A DNA stretch of 63,985 nucleotides, filler included, from Stramenopiles sp. TOSAG23-3 (Eukaryota), in the NCBI GenBank assembly GCA_900128585.1. It is 3 parts of 3 records of this genome, joined end to end, with 100 filler letters (N's around TTAATTAATTAA, not from the genome) between each part and the next. Parts side by side here need not be neighbours in the genome. Positions count along the whole stretch, not along the records: positions 1 to 22,006 come from LT642344.1; 2 more parts are not named here. The stretch is one strand, 5' to 3'. This document shows, one piece after another, positions 9,384 through 18,890 of this stretch. Made by a program: the position numbers and the translations under genes. The notes beneath the pieces are model-generated. The model was not told the DNA's origin. It saw nothing but the letters and a program-made list of their open reading frames with translations, and searched no databases. Position 1 is the stretch's first letter, and each line of letters opens with the position of its first letter.

Positions 9384-12300
9384 ATGGAGCTTGGAGTAAA
9401 CGATTTGTACCCGTCCTCAATCTGCCCGGACATTCTGCTTGATGGGTCTTTTTTTGTCGCGGGAAACAATCCGCACGTGTCGCACATAAGACGGAGGGGT
9501 AATAATAGGGAGGGAGGCGCGAATTGCCGTTTCGATGTTGTAAAACGATACACGGGGAGTAGTAGCCGGAGAAACAGCGTCTACACCGTGGTGGAATGCG
9601 GAAGGCGAGTCGTGTACGCTGGAGACAACCAAGGACACTTGACTGTCTTTAGCCGAAACACCGGGCGCCAAATCAGGGAGAACGCCGTGTCAACCGGCTG
9701 CATGACTAGCATCTGCCGAAGCGAGGACAGTGTTTTGTGTGGGCTGGGCGACGGAAAGTGCCCGCTGTATGACTCCCATACGTTAAAATGGCTGATGACG
9801 TTGGAAGAGTGCCACCAGACCGGTGTTGTGGACGTCTGCCACGTTGACGGCAACAAATTTTTGACAGCGGACAGCACGACGATAGGAATCTGGGACTGCA
9901 ACCTCCCCCCAAGACAAAGACTAGTCCAAAAAATGGCCCATACGGGGGGATCTATTACTAGCGTCGCTGTGTGTCCGAACGGGACAGTGTCGGCGGTCAG
10001 CGTCGCGGTGAAAGGAACCGCGTGCGTCGAAGCGTGGGATATCGAGTCGGGAAACAGTGTACGCCGACACGAAGTCGACTGGCCGAGCATTGACATAGAT
10101 TTTGCATCTATAAAAGCGGTTGAGATGAAAGAATGCCTTAGCAAATCGATTCCCTCAGTAATGGTAGTATATGGAGGATCTTTGAAAGAGAAGGAGCAAA
10201 AGCAAGGCTCAGGGAACACAAAGGCGGACCTTCTCCGGCACCTGTCGAACCACACGCCCCCGTACATGGTGCAGTTTTGTGACTTTCGTGGAGAACGACA
10301 CCACATCAATAGAGAATTCTTGACACCGTCGGAAAAGCGGGTAACTTGCTGTGGCGCGGCGAAGTCGATCGTGTGCTTTGGGTTGCAGCCCGGAATCGTA
10401 GGCGTGGACTTGGCGGCACTCTCTCTCCCCCAGCCGGTTCAAAAGGAAGTGCAGTACAACAGAATCAAAGACATGCACAAGGAAGCAGAAAATCAAAAGA
10501 AAGCGTTGAAAAATGTGTACCAGTACATGGACTCCACGCTGACGAAAGACGGAAAGTTGTTGAACACCTCTGCAGATGCTAGAACAAGTTTGAAGGCCTC
10601 TGCAGATTCCGCTGTCACTGCTGCTCTTGTACCAGAGCCTCACTCGAAGGTCCACCAGGCACTGCTAATTTCAAAATTCAACACGGACGTTCTTGTCGCG
10701 GGAAAAACTCAAAATTTTGAAGAGATTAAAAAGGTGCTTCAGCACATGAAGAACATGAAAGTTTGGCCGTCTACGTTTACGTACGACTTGGCCATCCGCG
10801 CTTGCGCCACAGAGAAGAATTTTACAGCAGTGCTCTGGCTGTTAAGGGACATGCGAGCGATTGGCCTGAGGCTCGAAGAGCGGACGGGATGCGCTATATT
10901 CCGGGCGTTCGATTCCTCCCGAAGAAACAGCGTTTCCCCCCAGCAGTTTCTCGCAGAAATCCGAAAGTCCGGAGTCGTGCCTGCCGGCCAGGTGCGTGAG
11001 ACTTACATAGAGGCGTTGGCAAATATCGGGCAAATTTCTGGGGCAATCGCAGACTTAAGACAGGCACTGAAAACCGCTAGCATAATCCGTCCCGATTCCG
11101 CCGTTTTTGTGAATGTTTTGCGGGCGTGCAGAGAAAAGACTCGAGCGTCCGCGGTGAAAAACATCTTGCAGCTGATCGATTTGGCACGGACAAAGATGAC
11201 CTTTGAGGTGTACGAAAGCGCCATCGACGCATTTGCCAAGGTTCGATCTCCTGAGGAATCCACGAAGGTTATGGAAGATATGATTGCCACCTTTGGGATC
11301 AAAGCGTCCCTAGGTCCGATTTGCAAAATAATCAGCGCGTTTGGGGACAGAAACCAGTTTCACAACTCTATCAAGCTGTACAATTTTTTGCTGCGGAATG
11401 GCGTGGATGCCAGCACCAGGGCAGTCGCGTCCCTGCTGCGAGCGGCCGCAAAAACCCACAACTATGACACAATGATGACCATATTTCGAGAAGCGTCGTC
11501 AAAAAGCTCGTTGCCGCAAAAGGATATCGAAACCTTCTGCTTGATCGTAGAGTCCCTGTCCAAAGACAGTCTGTCTGACTACGCTTCCGAAATTGTTGAT
11601 ACCCTTCAGGGCCACGGCTACCAGATCGGTTCCAACCCGCGCCTGCTGAGTCTGCTGGTCAAAGCGCTCGTGACCGATGGGCACATGAAAGAGGCGCTGC
11701 AGTTGTTTTTGTCCATCGGTGATAAGTTTGATGAGTCTTCCGACATTGGGATGACGCTGTCTGGCTTGGTGGAAGAGGTCGGACGGCAGCACGATACCGA
11801 GAAGTTGCACCAGATTCTTCAGCCAATAAGAAACATGTTGAAGCGGCACGTTGACCATGAGGCGGACATCTGGGCCTCTCTTATCCAAGCGTACGTCGAT
11901 TGCAACGAGCCGCGGCACGGAACGCTCACGTATAAACACATGCAAGAGCATGGGGTGAAGTGTACCAGAAAGGGGTACAATGCTGTCTTGCTCGCACACG
12001 CCCACCTTCAGGAGGCTGAAGAGGTGTTCATTATCGCGAACAAGGTCACGCACGCATACGGCCTTCAACGGGACACGTTTAAGGCCATCATCGAATCGTA
12101 CAACACACTGCACGATATAGAAAAAAGCATGGAATACGTCACCCTGTTCTTGACCAGGGAGCGAGTTTGCCGTACTATTGCCTGCAGAAAGATTAAACGC
12201 TGGTGGGCGTCGATACGCCAAGGAGGAAGGAGGATCAGCCCGAGCGTCAGCGAATCGTCGAGTCGTTTGGAGGACGAAAACATGGCAGCGATTGACTACA

Positions 12301-13097
12301 GCAACCACTCGGTGGAGGCAGCTATTTACAGCTTGTTTTTCACGCTCATAGAGAAGAACCGGTTGGCAGACTGCAAGAAGCTGGTTGTTGCGTTCCGGCA
12401 CGTTCTCAGCCCTGTTCGACCATTGGTGTACCAACTCATTGGCGAAGCATTTTTGAAAGAAAATATGCTGTTGGATGCGGCGTGGTCGCTCATGAGTTTG
12501 AGTAAGAAGTACTTTTCGGGGTCTGTACACATTGTCAGCACGCTCGTCGTAAAGCTGTGCAGGGAGGGATTCTATGAGGACGGGAAAAGGATTACAGCAG
12601 AGTATTACAAGTACGGGATTCCGTCTCGATCTATGATGCATGCTCTGTTACGAAGCGTACCTAGCAAATCTGACAACCCCATTGGGATTTATGACAGCAT
12701 GATAGCAAAAGGAGTCGTAGCAAATGAGGCAAGCATCGGGTTGTTGATAGAATCGCTGCTGCGGTGCAATCGGATGAAGGATGCAATAAAGGTATGGGAG
12801 AATTTCCGAAAATGCAAAGGCATGGGACGGATTCCACCGAAAAGTTTAGAGTGCCTGTTTGATGCGTTGGTGGCAGAGTCGGGGGGGGGGAGTCTTAGAG
12901 TGGCCGCGAAGGTGGCCGTAGATTTAGAAAGAGACAATCACCCGGTCTCGTTTTACAAGGCGAACGAGTTGTACTTGAAAACGTATCCCACTATGAAAGC
13001 ACCGTTGGAGAAGGAGAACAAAACGAAAGTGATGAAGTTGGAAACGAAAAGCTCCTTCCAGAGAAAGTTTGATAGTTTTTTGAAGAAAGCGAATTAA
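9384..13097 (+). CDS. WD40-repeat plus pentatricopeptide-repeat (PPR) protein
   Basis: First ATG at 9384. N-terminal WD-like blades (GDNQGHLTVFS, TIGIWD, VEAWDIESG) are followed by a long PPR-like array (PSTFTYDLAIRACA, IWASLIQAYVDC, GYNAVLLAHA). Confidence 0.8.
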   Translation: MELGVNDLYPSSICPDILLDGSFFVAGNNPHVSHIRRRGNNREGGANCRFDVVKRYTGSSSRRNSVYTVVECGRRVVYAGDNQGHLTVFSRNTGRQIRENAVSTGCMTSICRSEDSVLCGLGDGKCPLYDSHTLKWLMTLEECHQTGVVDVCHVDGNKFLTADSTTIGIWDCNLPPRQRLVQKMAHTGGSITSVAVCPNGTVSAVSVAVKGTACVEAWDIESGNSVRRHEVDWPSIDIDFASIKAVEMKECLSKSIPSVMVVYGGSLKEKEQKQGSGNTKADLLRHLSNHTPPYMVQFCDFRGERHHINREFLTPSEKRVTCCGAAKSIVCFGLQPGIVGVDLAALSLPQPVQKEVQYNRIKDMHKEAENQKKALKNVYQYMDSTLTKDGKLLNTSADARTSLKASADSAVTAALVPEPHSKVHQALLISKFNTDVLVAGKTQNFEEIKKVLQHMKNMKVWPSTFTYDLAIRACATEKNFTAVLWLLRDMRAIGLRLEERTGCAIFRAFDSSRRNSVSPQQFLAEIRKSGVVPAGQVRETYIEALANIGQISGAIADLRQALKTASIIRPDSAVFVNVLRACREKTRASAVKNILQLIDLARTKMTFEVYESAIDAFAKVRSPEESTKVMEDMIATFGIKASLGPICKIISAFGDRNQFHNSIKLYNFLLRNGVDASTRAVASLLRAAAKTHNYDTMMTIFREASSKSSLPQKDIETFCLIVESLSKDSLSDYASEIVDTLQGHGYQIGSNPRLLSLLVKALVTDGHMKEALQLFLSIGDKFDESSDIGMTLSGLVEEVGRQHDTEKLHQILQPIRNMLKRHVDHEADIWASLIQAYVDCNEPRHGTLTYKHMQEHGVKCTRKGYNAVLLAHAHLQEAEEVFIIANKVTHAYGLQRDTFKAIIESYNTLHDIEKSMEYVTLFLTRERVCRTIACRKIKRWWASIRQGGRRISPSVSESSSRLEDENMAAIDYSNHSVEAAIYSLFFTLIEKNRLADCKKLVVAFRHVLSPVRPLVYQLIGEAFLKENMLLDAAWSLMSLSKKYFSGSVHIVSTLVVKLCREGFYEDGKRITAEYYKYGIPSRSMMHALLRSVPSKSDNPIGIYDSMIAKGVVANEASIGLLIESLLRCNRMKDAIKVWENFRKCKGMGRIPPKSLECLFDALVAESGGGSLRVAAKVAVDLERDNHPVSFYKANELYLKTYPTMKAPLEKENKTKVMKLETKSSFQRKFDSFLKKAN

Positions 13098-13182
13098 TGT
13101 GTGTAAGAACACACATCTAAAAAAAGTAAATTTTCATTCTGCAGTGTAAATGTTTTAAAATGCATGTTTTAAGGAGGTGACT

Positions 13183-15462
13183 CTAACAATTCTTCGAGTT
13201 CAATTTGTCTTCGTAGAACAGCAGTAGCTGAACTTTGCCAAGAACGACAAATTTCTCTTCTTCCCCCACTGTGGGAACAATGATGCTAAAAAAAACATTC
13301 TCGATTTCATTTTCCTCTTGCTCGCAGTATTCCAGCTGCCTGGTGTGCTGTCTCTCTGCCAGATAATTGTAACAACTAACAAAAACATCGATTCCAAGAC
13401 TTTTCTCACAATCTAACCGGAGCATCTCGACCATTTGGGACAAGTTTTGGGGCGCAGTTGGTGATGAAGACGCAAGTGATTGCTCCGTCTGATCATGCAA
13501 CTCAGCAGAGACCGAAACGTCCACGTGCAAATTTAGCTGTTCGGCCTCTGTTGGCTTTCGAGCAAGATCCTCCAAATCATTACACGCGCGCAACTTTTTT
13601 GAAAACACTTGCTGTGCACTGTACTCGTGGGCATCGGCCAAATTGTGCGTCCATCTTTCGCTTTCTGAGAACGTGTCTAAATTGCTCGAATAATCGTCCC
13701 ACGGCATCGCCACCGACTTCCAATTATCTTTCCCATCTGGTGGCCCAGGGTCCCCCCCTTGGGATTGCTCGTAATCGTCCAGCTCTTTCAGAATTTCCAG
13801 TTGCAGCTGGTTCATTATTCTCTCTTTCCCCGCCGGGTTCGTCTGGCACCCGTCTCCCACTAAATCCTCCTCTTCGACGTCGTAGAACTCGTCGCTGCCC
13901 GCTTCCCCGTCGTCTGCATCGCTGCCCGCCTTCGCGTAACTTGGCGGCACGACACATCCTTCAAAGTTCCAATTGTCTTTTCCGCCCCTCGAGCTTCGAG
14001 CACTCTGTCGCAGCGCTTTAATATTTATTTTTGGTTTAACGCTTTTCAATTGTTTTTTCAACTGCTGCTCGTGGTTTCTTAGTTGGGCCTGCCTCTGCGC
14101 CTGCTGCCGCTTGTACTTGCTCTGGACCATTTTCTCGCGCCTCTTCATGTCTCGAACGTACTCTTGGACGGCTTGCCTCTCTTTCGACTTTTTCTCGTTT
14201 CGGGACTTGCGCTGCGCCGACTTGTTGGCGTTTATGCGTGCTGCGAGGTTCTTTATTTCGTTGCGCACCACAGGGCCTGCTTGAAACGCTCGCCCGCCTC
14301 GTGCAGACGGTGCCTTCGGCACGTCGGACCTTTCTTCCCAACGACGGCGTCGATGGCGGTCCTTTTCGTGCCCGATCCTCGTCCCTCTCCCGTTGCCTCC
14401 CTTTACGCTCAATCTCTCCAAATCGACCAAAAAATTGCGCTGATCTTGGCGCATCTGCTTCAGGTCCGGAGACAGAACTTTTATCGCACGCTGTCGGTTC
14501 GCAAACTGCAATTCTGCCTCCCGGGTTCGCATTCCGCCGTCCATTGCATTGTTTTTCTTTCGAACCGCCCCCTTCACGCGCATGTACTGCTGCAAGTTTG
14601 TGCGCTCTCTTTTTTCCAATTCGTGTATGTGCTTCTTCAAAAATGGCGTCTGCAACAGCGCCGCCACAGACGGGCGTCTGTCTGCTCGATAACTGAACAT
14701 TTGCTGCACCATCAGGCCTATCTCCCGAGAGTAGACGTCCGGGCCGCCCCCGTGGTGGGGAATCGGTGGGTACTTTCCCTTGAGTATCTTTAGCACTAAC
14801 TGGCACATACTTTTACCGTTAAAAGCATGTTTCAGCGTGCACATCTCGTATAGGACGCATCCCAGCGCCCACACGTCACTCTTTTCGTTGTACGGCTTGT
14901 CCTCGCACAGCTCAGGGGACAAGTAATACGGCGTTCCAATGATTGTGCTGGCGCATTCGGAGGTGGAGTTTAACACCTTTGAGATCCCAAAGTCTCCGAG
15001 TTTCACGCAGTAGTCTTTGTCGCCCGGGACGCTTGCCAAGAAAATGTTTTGAGTCTTTAGATCGCGGTGAAGCACTCGCCGCGAGTGCACGTACTTTAGA
15101 GCGGAGCAAAGTTGAATGAACCATTTGATCACGATGCGCTCCGAGAGCCACTTATTTTTCTTCCGTTTATTCTTGGTGTACTCTGAAAGATCGCCACCGT
15201 TGGCATAGTCAAGCACTATGTGCAATCCTTTGTTTTCAATGAAGCTATCGTGATATCCTATTATGAAACTGTTTTCGTTAGAGAATGACCGTAAGACGTT
15301 TACTTCGTTCAGCGAAGCCGCTTGCTCGTCCTCTCCCATACCGCTCATGTTGATCCGCTTGACGACTAGCTTCTCCCGTTCATCTGTCCCATTCCGTGTG
15401 ACCAGGTACGCGACGCCGAATGAGCCACTGCCTATGGTCTTCTGGACCGTGAACTGGTCCAT
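13183..15462 (-). CDS. NIMA-related (NEK) Ser/Thr kinase, NEK1/4-like
   Basis: GSGSFG, HRDLKTQNIFL, LGDFGISKVL, GTPYYLSPELCEDKPYNEKSDVWALGC. Coiled-coil region and a NEK1-type C-terminal helical domain (LRLDCEKSLG). Confidence 0.95.
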   Translation of the reverse strand: MDQFTVQKTIGSGSFGVAYLVTRNGTDEREKLVVKRINMSGMGEDEQAASLNEVNVLRSFSNENSFIIGYHDSFIENKGLHIVLDYANGGDLSEYTKNKRKKNKWLSERIVIKWFIQLCSALKYVHSRRVLHRDLKTQNIFLASVPGDKDYCVKLGDFGISKVLNSTSECASTIIGTPYYLSPELCEDKPYNEKSDVWALGCVLYEMCTLKHAFNGKSMCQLVLKILKGKYPPIPHHGGGPDVYSREIGLMVQQMFSYRADRRPSVAALLQTPFLKKHIHELEKRERTNLQQYMRVKGAVRKKNNAMDGGMRTREAELQFANRQRAIKVLSPDLKQMRQDQRNFLVDLERLSVKGGNGRGTRIGHEKDRHRRRRWEERSDVPKAPSARGGRAFQAGPVVRNEIKNLAARINANKSAQRKSRNEKKSKERQAVQEYVRDMKRREKMVQSKYKRQQAQRQAQLRNHEQQLKKQLKSVKPKINIKALRQSARSSRGGKDNWNFEGCVVPPSYAKAGSDADDGEAGSDEFYDVEEEDLVGDGCQTNPAGKERIMNQLQLEILKELDDYEQSQGGDPGPPDGKDNWKSVAMPWDDYSSNLDTFSESERWTHNLADAHEYSAQQVFSKKLRACNDLEDLARKPTEAEQLNLHVDVSVSAELHDQTEQSLASSSPTAPQNLSQMVEMLRLDCEKSLGIDVFVSCYNYLAERQHTRQLEYCEQEENEIENVFFSIIVPTVGEEEKFVVLGKVQLLLFYEDKLNSKNC

Positions 15463-16567
15463 GATTTTTTAAAATGGCTAATCCTCCTCTATTCGACCTT
15501 CCAAAACAAATTTGTACGCGCGCGCGCGGGGGGGACAAACTAACGAACGCGCCTTCCAGGTCGGTCCGTTGAACAACGACGACGTTTCGTTTCAAACTAT
15601 AAATTAAGACAAATGTTTAGTAAATCCGAATGAACGTTTCTTTCTTTGTTGCTCATGAGCAATTTGACCCGCATCCAATTCGATTCAATCTACGTGCCCA
15701 TACAATAATAAGGCAAGATTCTTTATAAAAGTGTATAAAGTTTTTTAGTAGAAGATATTATTATTATTTTATTATTATTATTAATTCAAAGAACGAAGAA
15801 GAAAGTGGACAAGTGGACCCATCTTTCTTCGTTCGTTCTTCGTTCTTCTTTTTTTTCTTTTTTTTTCTTCATCATCCATTATTATTATTATTATAATAGC
15901 CCTTCTTCTTTCTTCTTATATTATTTTTTATTTTAATTTCAATAAATAATATTCTGTGTGTCTTCTCCTTGTAGACTCCTCGTAAATAATTTAATTCTGA
16001 GATGAATGAAAGAAGAAAGACCACTTTGAAGATTTTGATGATGTCTTCCTTATTCTCTTTTATATCTTGTTGCGCTTTTTTTTCAGAGAAGTCTGCTACC
16101 GGTATTTGAGTATTTGAGTACGAAGAGGAGAGAAAACAATACTGTTGTACTTGTAATAATATTTATTACCTATATACATTGGTAGACTAGTTAGTTTTTC
16201 CGTATGATATGATAGTCTATAATATCATCAAGAAAGAAAAAAGAAGAAGAATAATAATTAAAAATAATAATATATTATTAGTAGTATACTGTAATATTAA
16301 TAATAATAATAATAAATAATTTAAATTATTATTATTATTATATTTTATATTGTTGTTGATCACCATAATAGCAGAGTTTAATAAATACGCACATTGATTC
16401 GTCTTCTCTACATTCGACTATATATAAATAAAAATGATTCAATTGTTTATTTATAAGAAATAAGAAACTAAACGGAAGTATAAAATAAAACGGATATTGT
16501 TGTGATCCATTCACGGTTGGACCGAAGGATTTAAACACACCACCAGCATTTTTTTTCCCCCATTTAA

Positions 16568-16906
16568 ATGCTCTCTCGTATTGTTAACAACGTGCGACGG
16601 CAGTTCCTTGCCGCGCCTAATCCTGGCTTTTGGCCGGTCGCGCCACAGCTGTCCCCCGCCCTGTCCGGGTACCCCTTGGACGTGCATAGTGCTGCTGCAG
16701 AGAATATTGCAGGGGACGCGTTTCGGACGTCGATTCGCGCCGGTTTTCTTTGGGAGAGTATTTTTTTGATCAAGCGCACCTACCAACCCTCGGTGCTGAA
16801 AAGGAAGCGGACGCACGGTTTTAGGAAACGGAACAGTACGGTGAGCGGACGAAATCTATTGAACCGAAGAAGAGCGAAGGGAAGGAAGCGTTTAACACCG
16901 TTGTAA
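16568..16906 (+). CDS. MRPL34: Mitochondrial ribosomal protein bL34m with transit peptide
   Basis: C-terminal [42 protein letters not shown] is the L34 signature. The Arg-rich N-terminus resembles a mitochondrial presequence. Confidence 0.93.
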   Translation: MLSRIVNNVRRQFLAAPNPGFWPVAPQLSPALSGYPLDVHSAAAENIAGDAFRTSIRAGFLWESIFLIKRTYQPSVLKRKRTHGFRKRNSTVSGRNLLNRRRAKGRKRLTPL

Positions 16907-17099
16907 CATATAGAGAGGGGAAAGCTTGCCCATGTGCTGGTATTATTATCTCACCCGTACAAAAAATGGCTTCAAGCAAACGTATAGTTCTTACTCTTCT
17001 TATATTTTTATAAACAAACCTCTAGACACTTTATGTTTTGGTCTTCATCACGAAAGAGCGCGGCGTAGCTGTGCAACACAATTACCCCCTAACACTTCC

Positions 17100-18434
17100 T
17101 CACATGTACTTTGCCACGTCTCCGGGCATCTTCCCGATGCTAACGCTGTAGTGCCGTTGTATCTTGTTCAACTCGGGGATGTCCTTGTTCGTGATAAGGT
17201 TGATGGCGCACCCCTTTCTGCCAAACCTGCCCGTTCTTCCTATTCGATGGATGTAAAGCTCCAGGTTCACGGGCAAATCGTAGCAGACCACAAGGGACAC
17301 TTGTTGGACGTCAATGCCTCGACCGTAGATGTCCGTCGCGATAAGGACCCTTGTTTTTCCCGATCGAAACTCTGCCGTCACCGTGTCACGATCTTTCTGG
17401 GGCATTTTGCCGTGAATGGAGGATATCGAGAACCCGTGCTGCTTCATTTTCTTCGACAGCCATTCGACCTTCTTCCTCGTGTTGCAAAAAATGATGGTCT
17501 GGGACACGTTTGCCATCTCGTAGATGTCGCACAGCGTGTCGAACTTCCACTCTTCCTCTCCCACGTTGACGTAGAACTGCTTGATGACGTCCAAGCTGAC
17601 GTTCTCCTGCCGTACCAAGATGGAGACCGGGTCGGTCATAAACTCATCCGTCATCTCCAGCACTTCTTGGGGCATGGTCGCGCTTATCAGCACGATCTGA
17701 AGGCCCCGGGGAAGGTTGCGGTATATGTCGTAAATCTGCTCTTTCAGCCCTTTCTGCAGCATCTCGTCCGCCTCGTCCACGACCAGCATCGTCACTCTCA
17801 TCACGTTAAGAATGCGCCGCCGCAGCATGTCCAGTATTCTGCCCGGCGTGCCACTCACGACGTGCATCCCCTTATCTAACATCTTTATGTCCTGCCCTAC
17901 CACCTTCCCCCCCGTGCACGCATAGCACCGCACGTTCAAAAAGCTTCCGAGCGTGTTCAAAATTGTAGACGTCTGCTCCGCTAGCTCGCGCGTCGGGGAC
18001 ACGATCAGAACCTGGGTGTGCCTCTTCTTCTCGTTCAAGTTTTGTAGGCTTCCGATGCACATCACTGCCGTTTTCCCCGTACCGCTCTGGGACTGCGCGA
18101 TTACGTCGCGGCGACTGGTGATTGGTACGATCGCCCGCTGCTGGATCGCAGAGGGGGCCCGGAAACCGATCGCAAAGATACCGCGCAGCAAGTCTTCTTT
18201 CAGGCCCATGCCTTCGAAGCGGTCGACCCGTTGGGTGAGTGCTTTGGTGGAGCTAGACTTCCCGGAGGATTCCCCGATCTTTCGCCGCTTCGCCATTCCA
18301 AAAATGCTGTCGAGCGTGGCAGGGGGCGGGGACGGGGGGGGAGTTGAATCACGCTCGCGCTTCTTTTTGAGCTTCTTTTTCTTCTTCTTCTTTTTCTTCT
18401 TTTTTTCTTCTATTCGCGCGTGGTCGCCACTCAT
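17100..18434 (-). CDS. DEAD-box RNA helicase, eIF4A-III/Fal1-like
   Basis: First ATG at 18434. Motifs [63 protein letters not shown] is typical of eIF4A-III. Poly-Lys N-terminal extension. Confidence 0.9.
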   Translation of the reverse strand: MSGDHARIEEKKKKKKKKKKKLKKKRERDSTPPPSPPPATLDSIFGMAKRRKIGESSGKSSSTKALTQRVDRFEGMGLKEDLLRGIFAIGFRAPSAIQQRAIVPITSRRDVIAQSQSGTGKTAVMCIGSLQNLNEKKRHTQVLIVSPTRELAEQTSTILNTLGSFLNVRCYACTGGKVVGQDIKMLDKGMHVVSGTPGRILDMLRRRILNVMRVTMLVVDEADEMLQKGLKEQIYDIYRNLPRGLQIVLISATMPQEVLEMTDEFMTDPVSILVRQENVSLDVIKQFYVNVGEEEWKFDTLCDIYEMANVSQTIIFCNTRKKVEWLSKKMKQHGFSISSIHGKMPQKDRDTVTAEFRSGKTRVLIATDIYGRGIDVQQVSLVVCYDLPVNLELYIHRIGRTGRFGRKGCAINLITNKDIPELNKIQRHYSVSIGKMPGDVAKYM

Positions 18435-18890
18435 CTTTGAGAGCCGACGCGCGCGGGGCTGTGGTTGTTGTAGTAGTAGAGTCTTTCCCAAAGACCAGCA
18501 GTGTTCGTAAATGGGGAAGATCCAACAGACGGCGGGGTTTTGCTCGTTACAAATCTTCTTCTGTTTGCACGTATAAGTGAAAGAGAAAGATGCTGGCAGA
18601 GTAATTTAGTTTACGAAATCCAAATGTACAGATATTTACTCCCTATANNNNNNNNNNNNNNNNNNNNNNNNNNNNNNNNNNNNNNNNNNNNNNNNNNNNN
18701 NNNNNNNNNNNNNNNNATAATAATATACGACTGATGATAATTATTATTATATTTTTTATATTTTATATAGTGTGTCTTCTATCATTATATTTCGTCTATT
18801 ACACTTACTTAGTACAGTATTGGATATTTAGAAGAAATAGCATATTTAATAAAATAGACGATTAAGTAAAATGCTGTGGTGTACGAGGTC

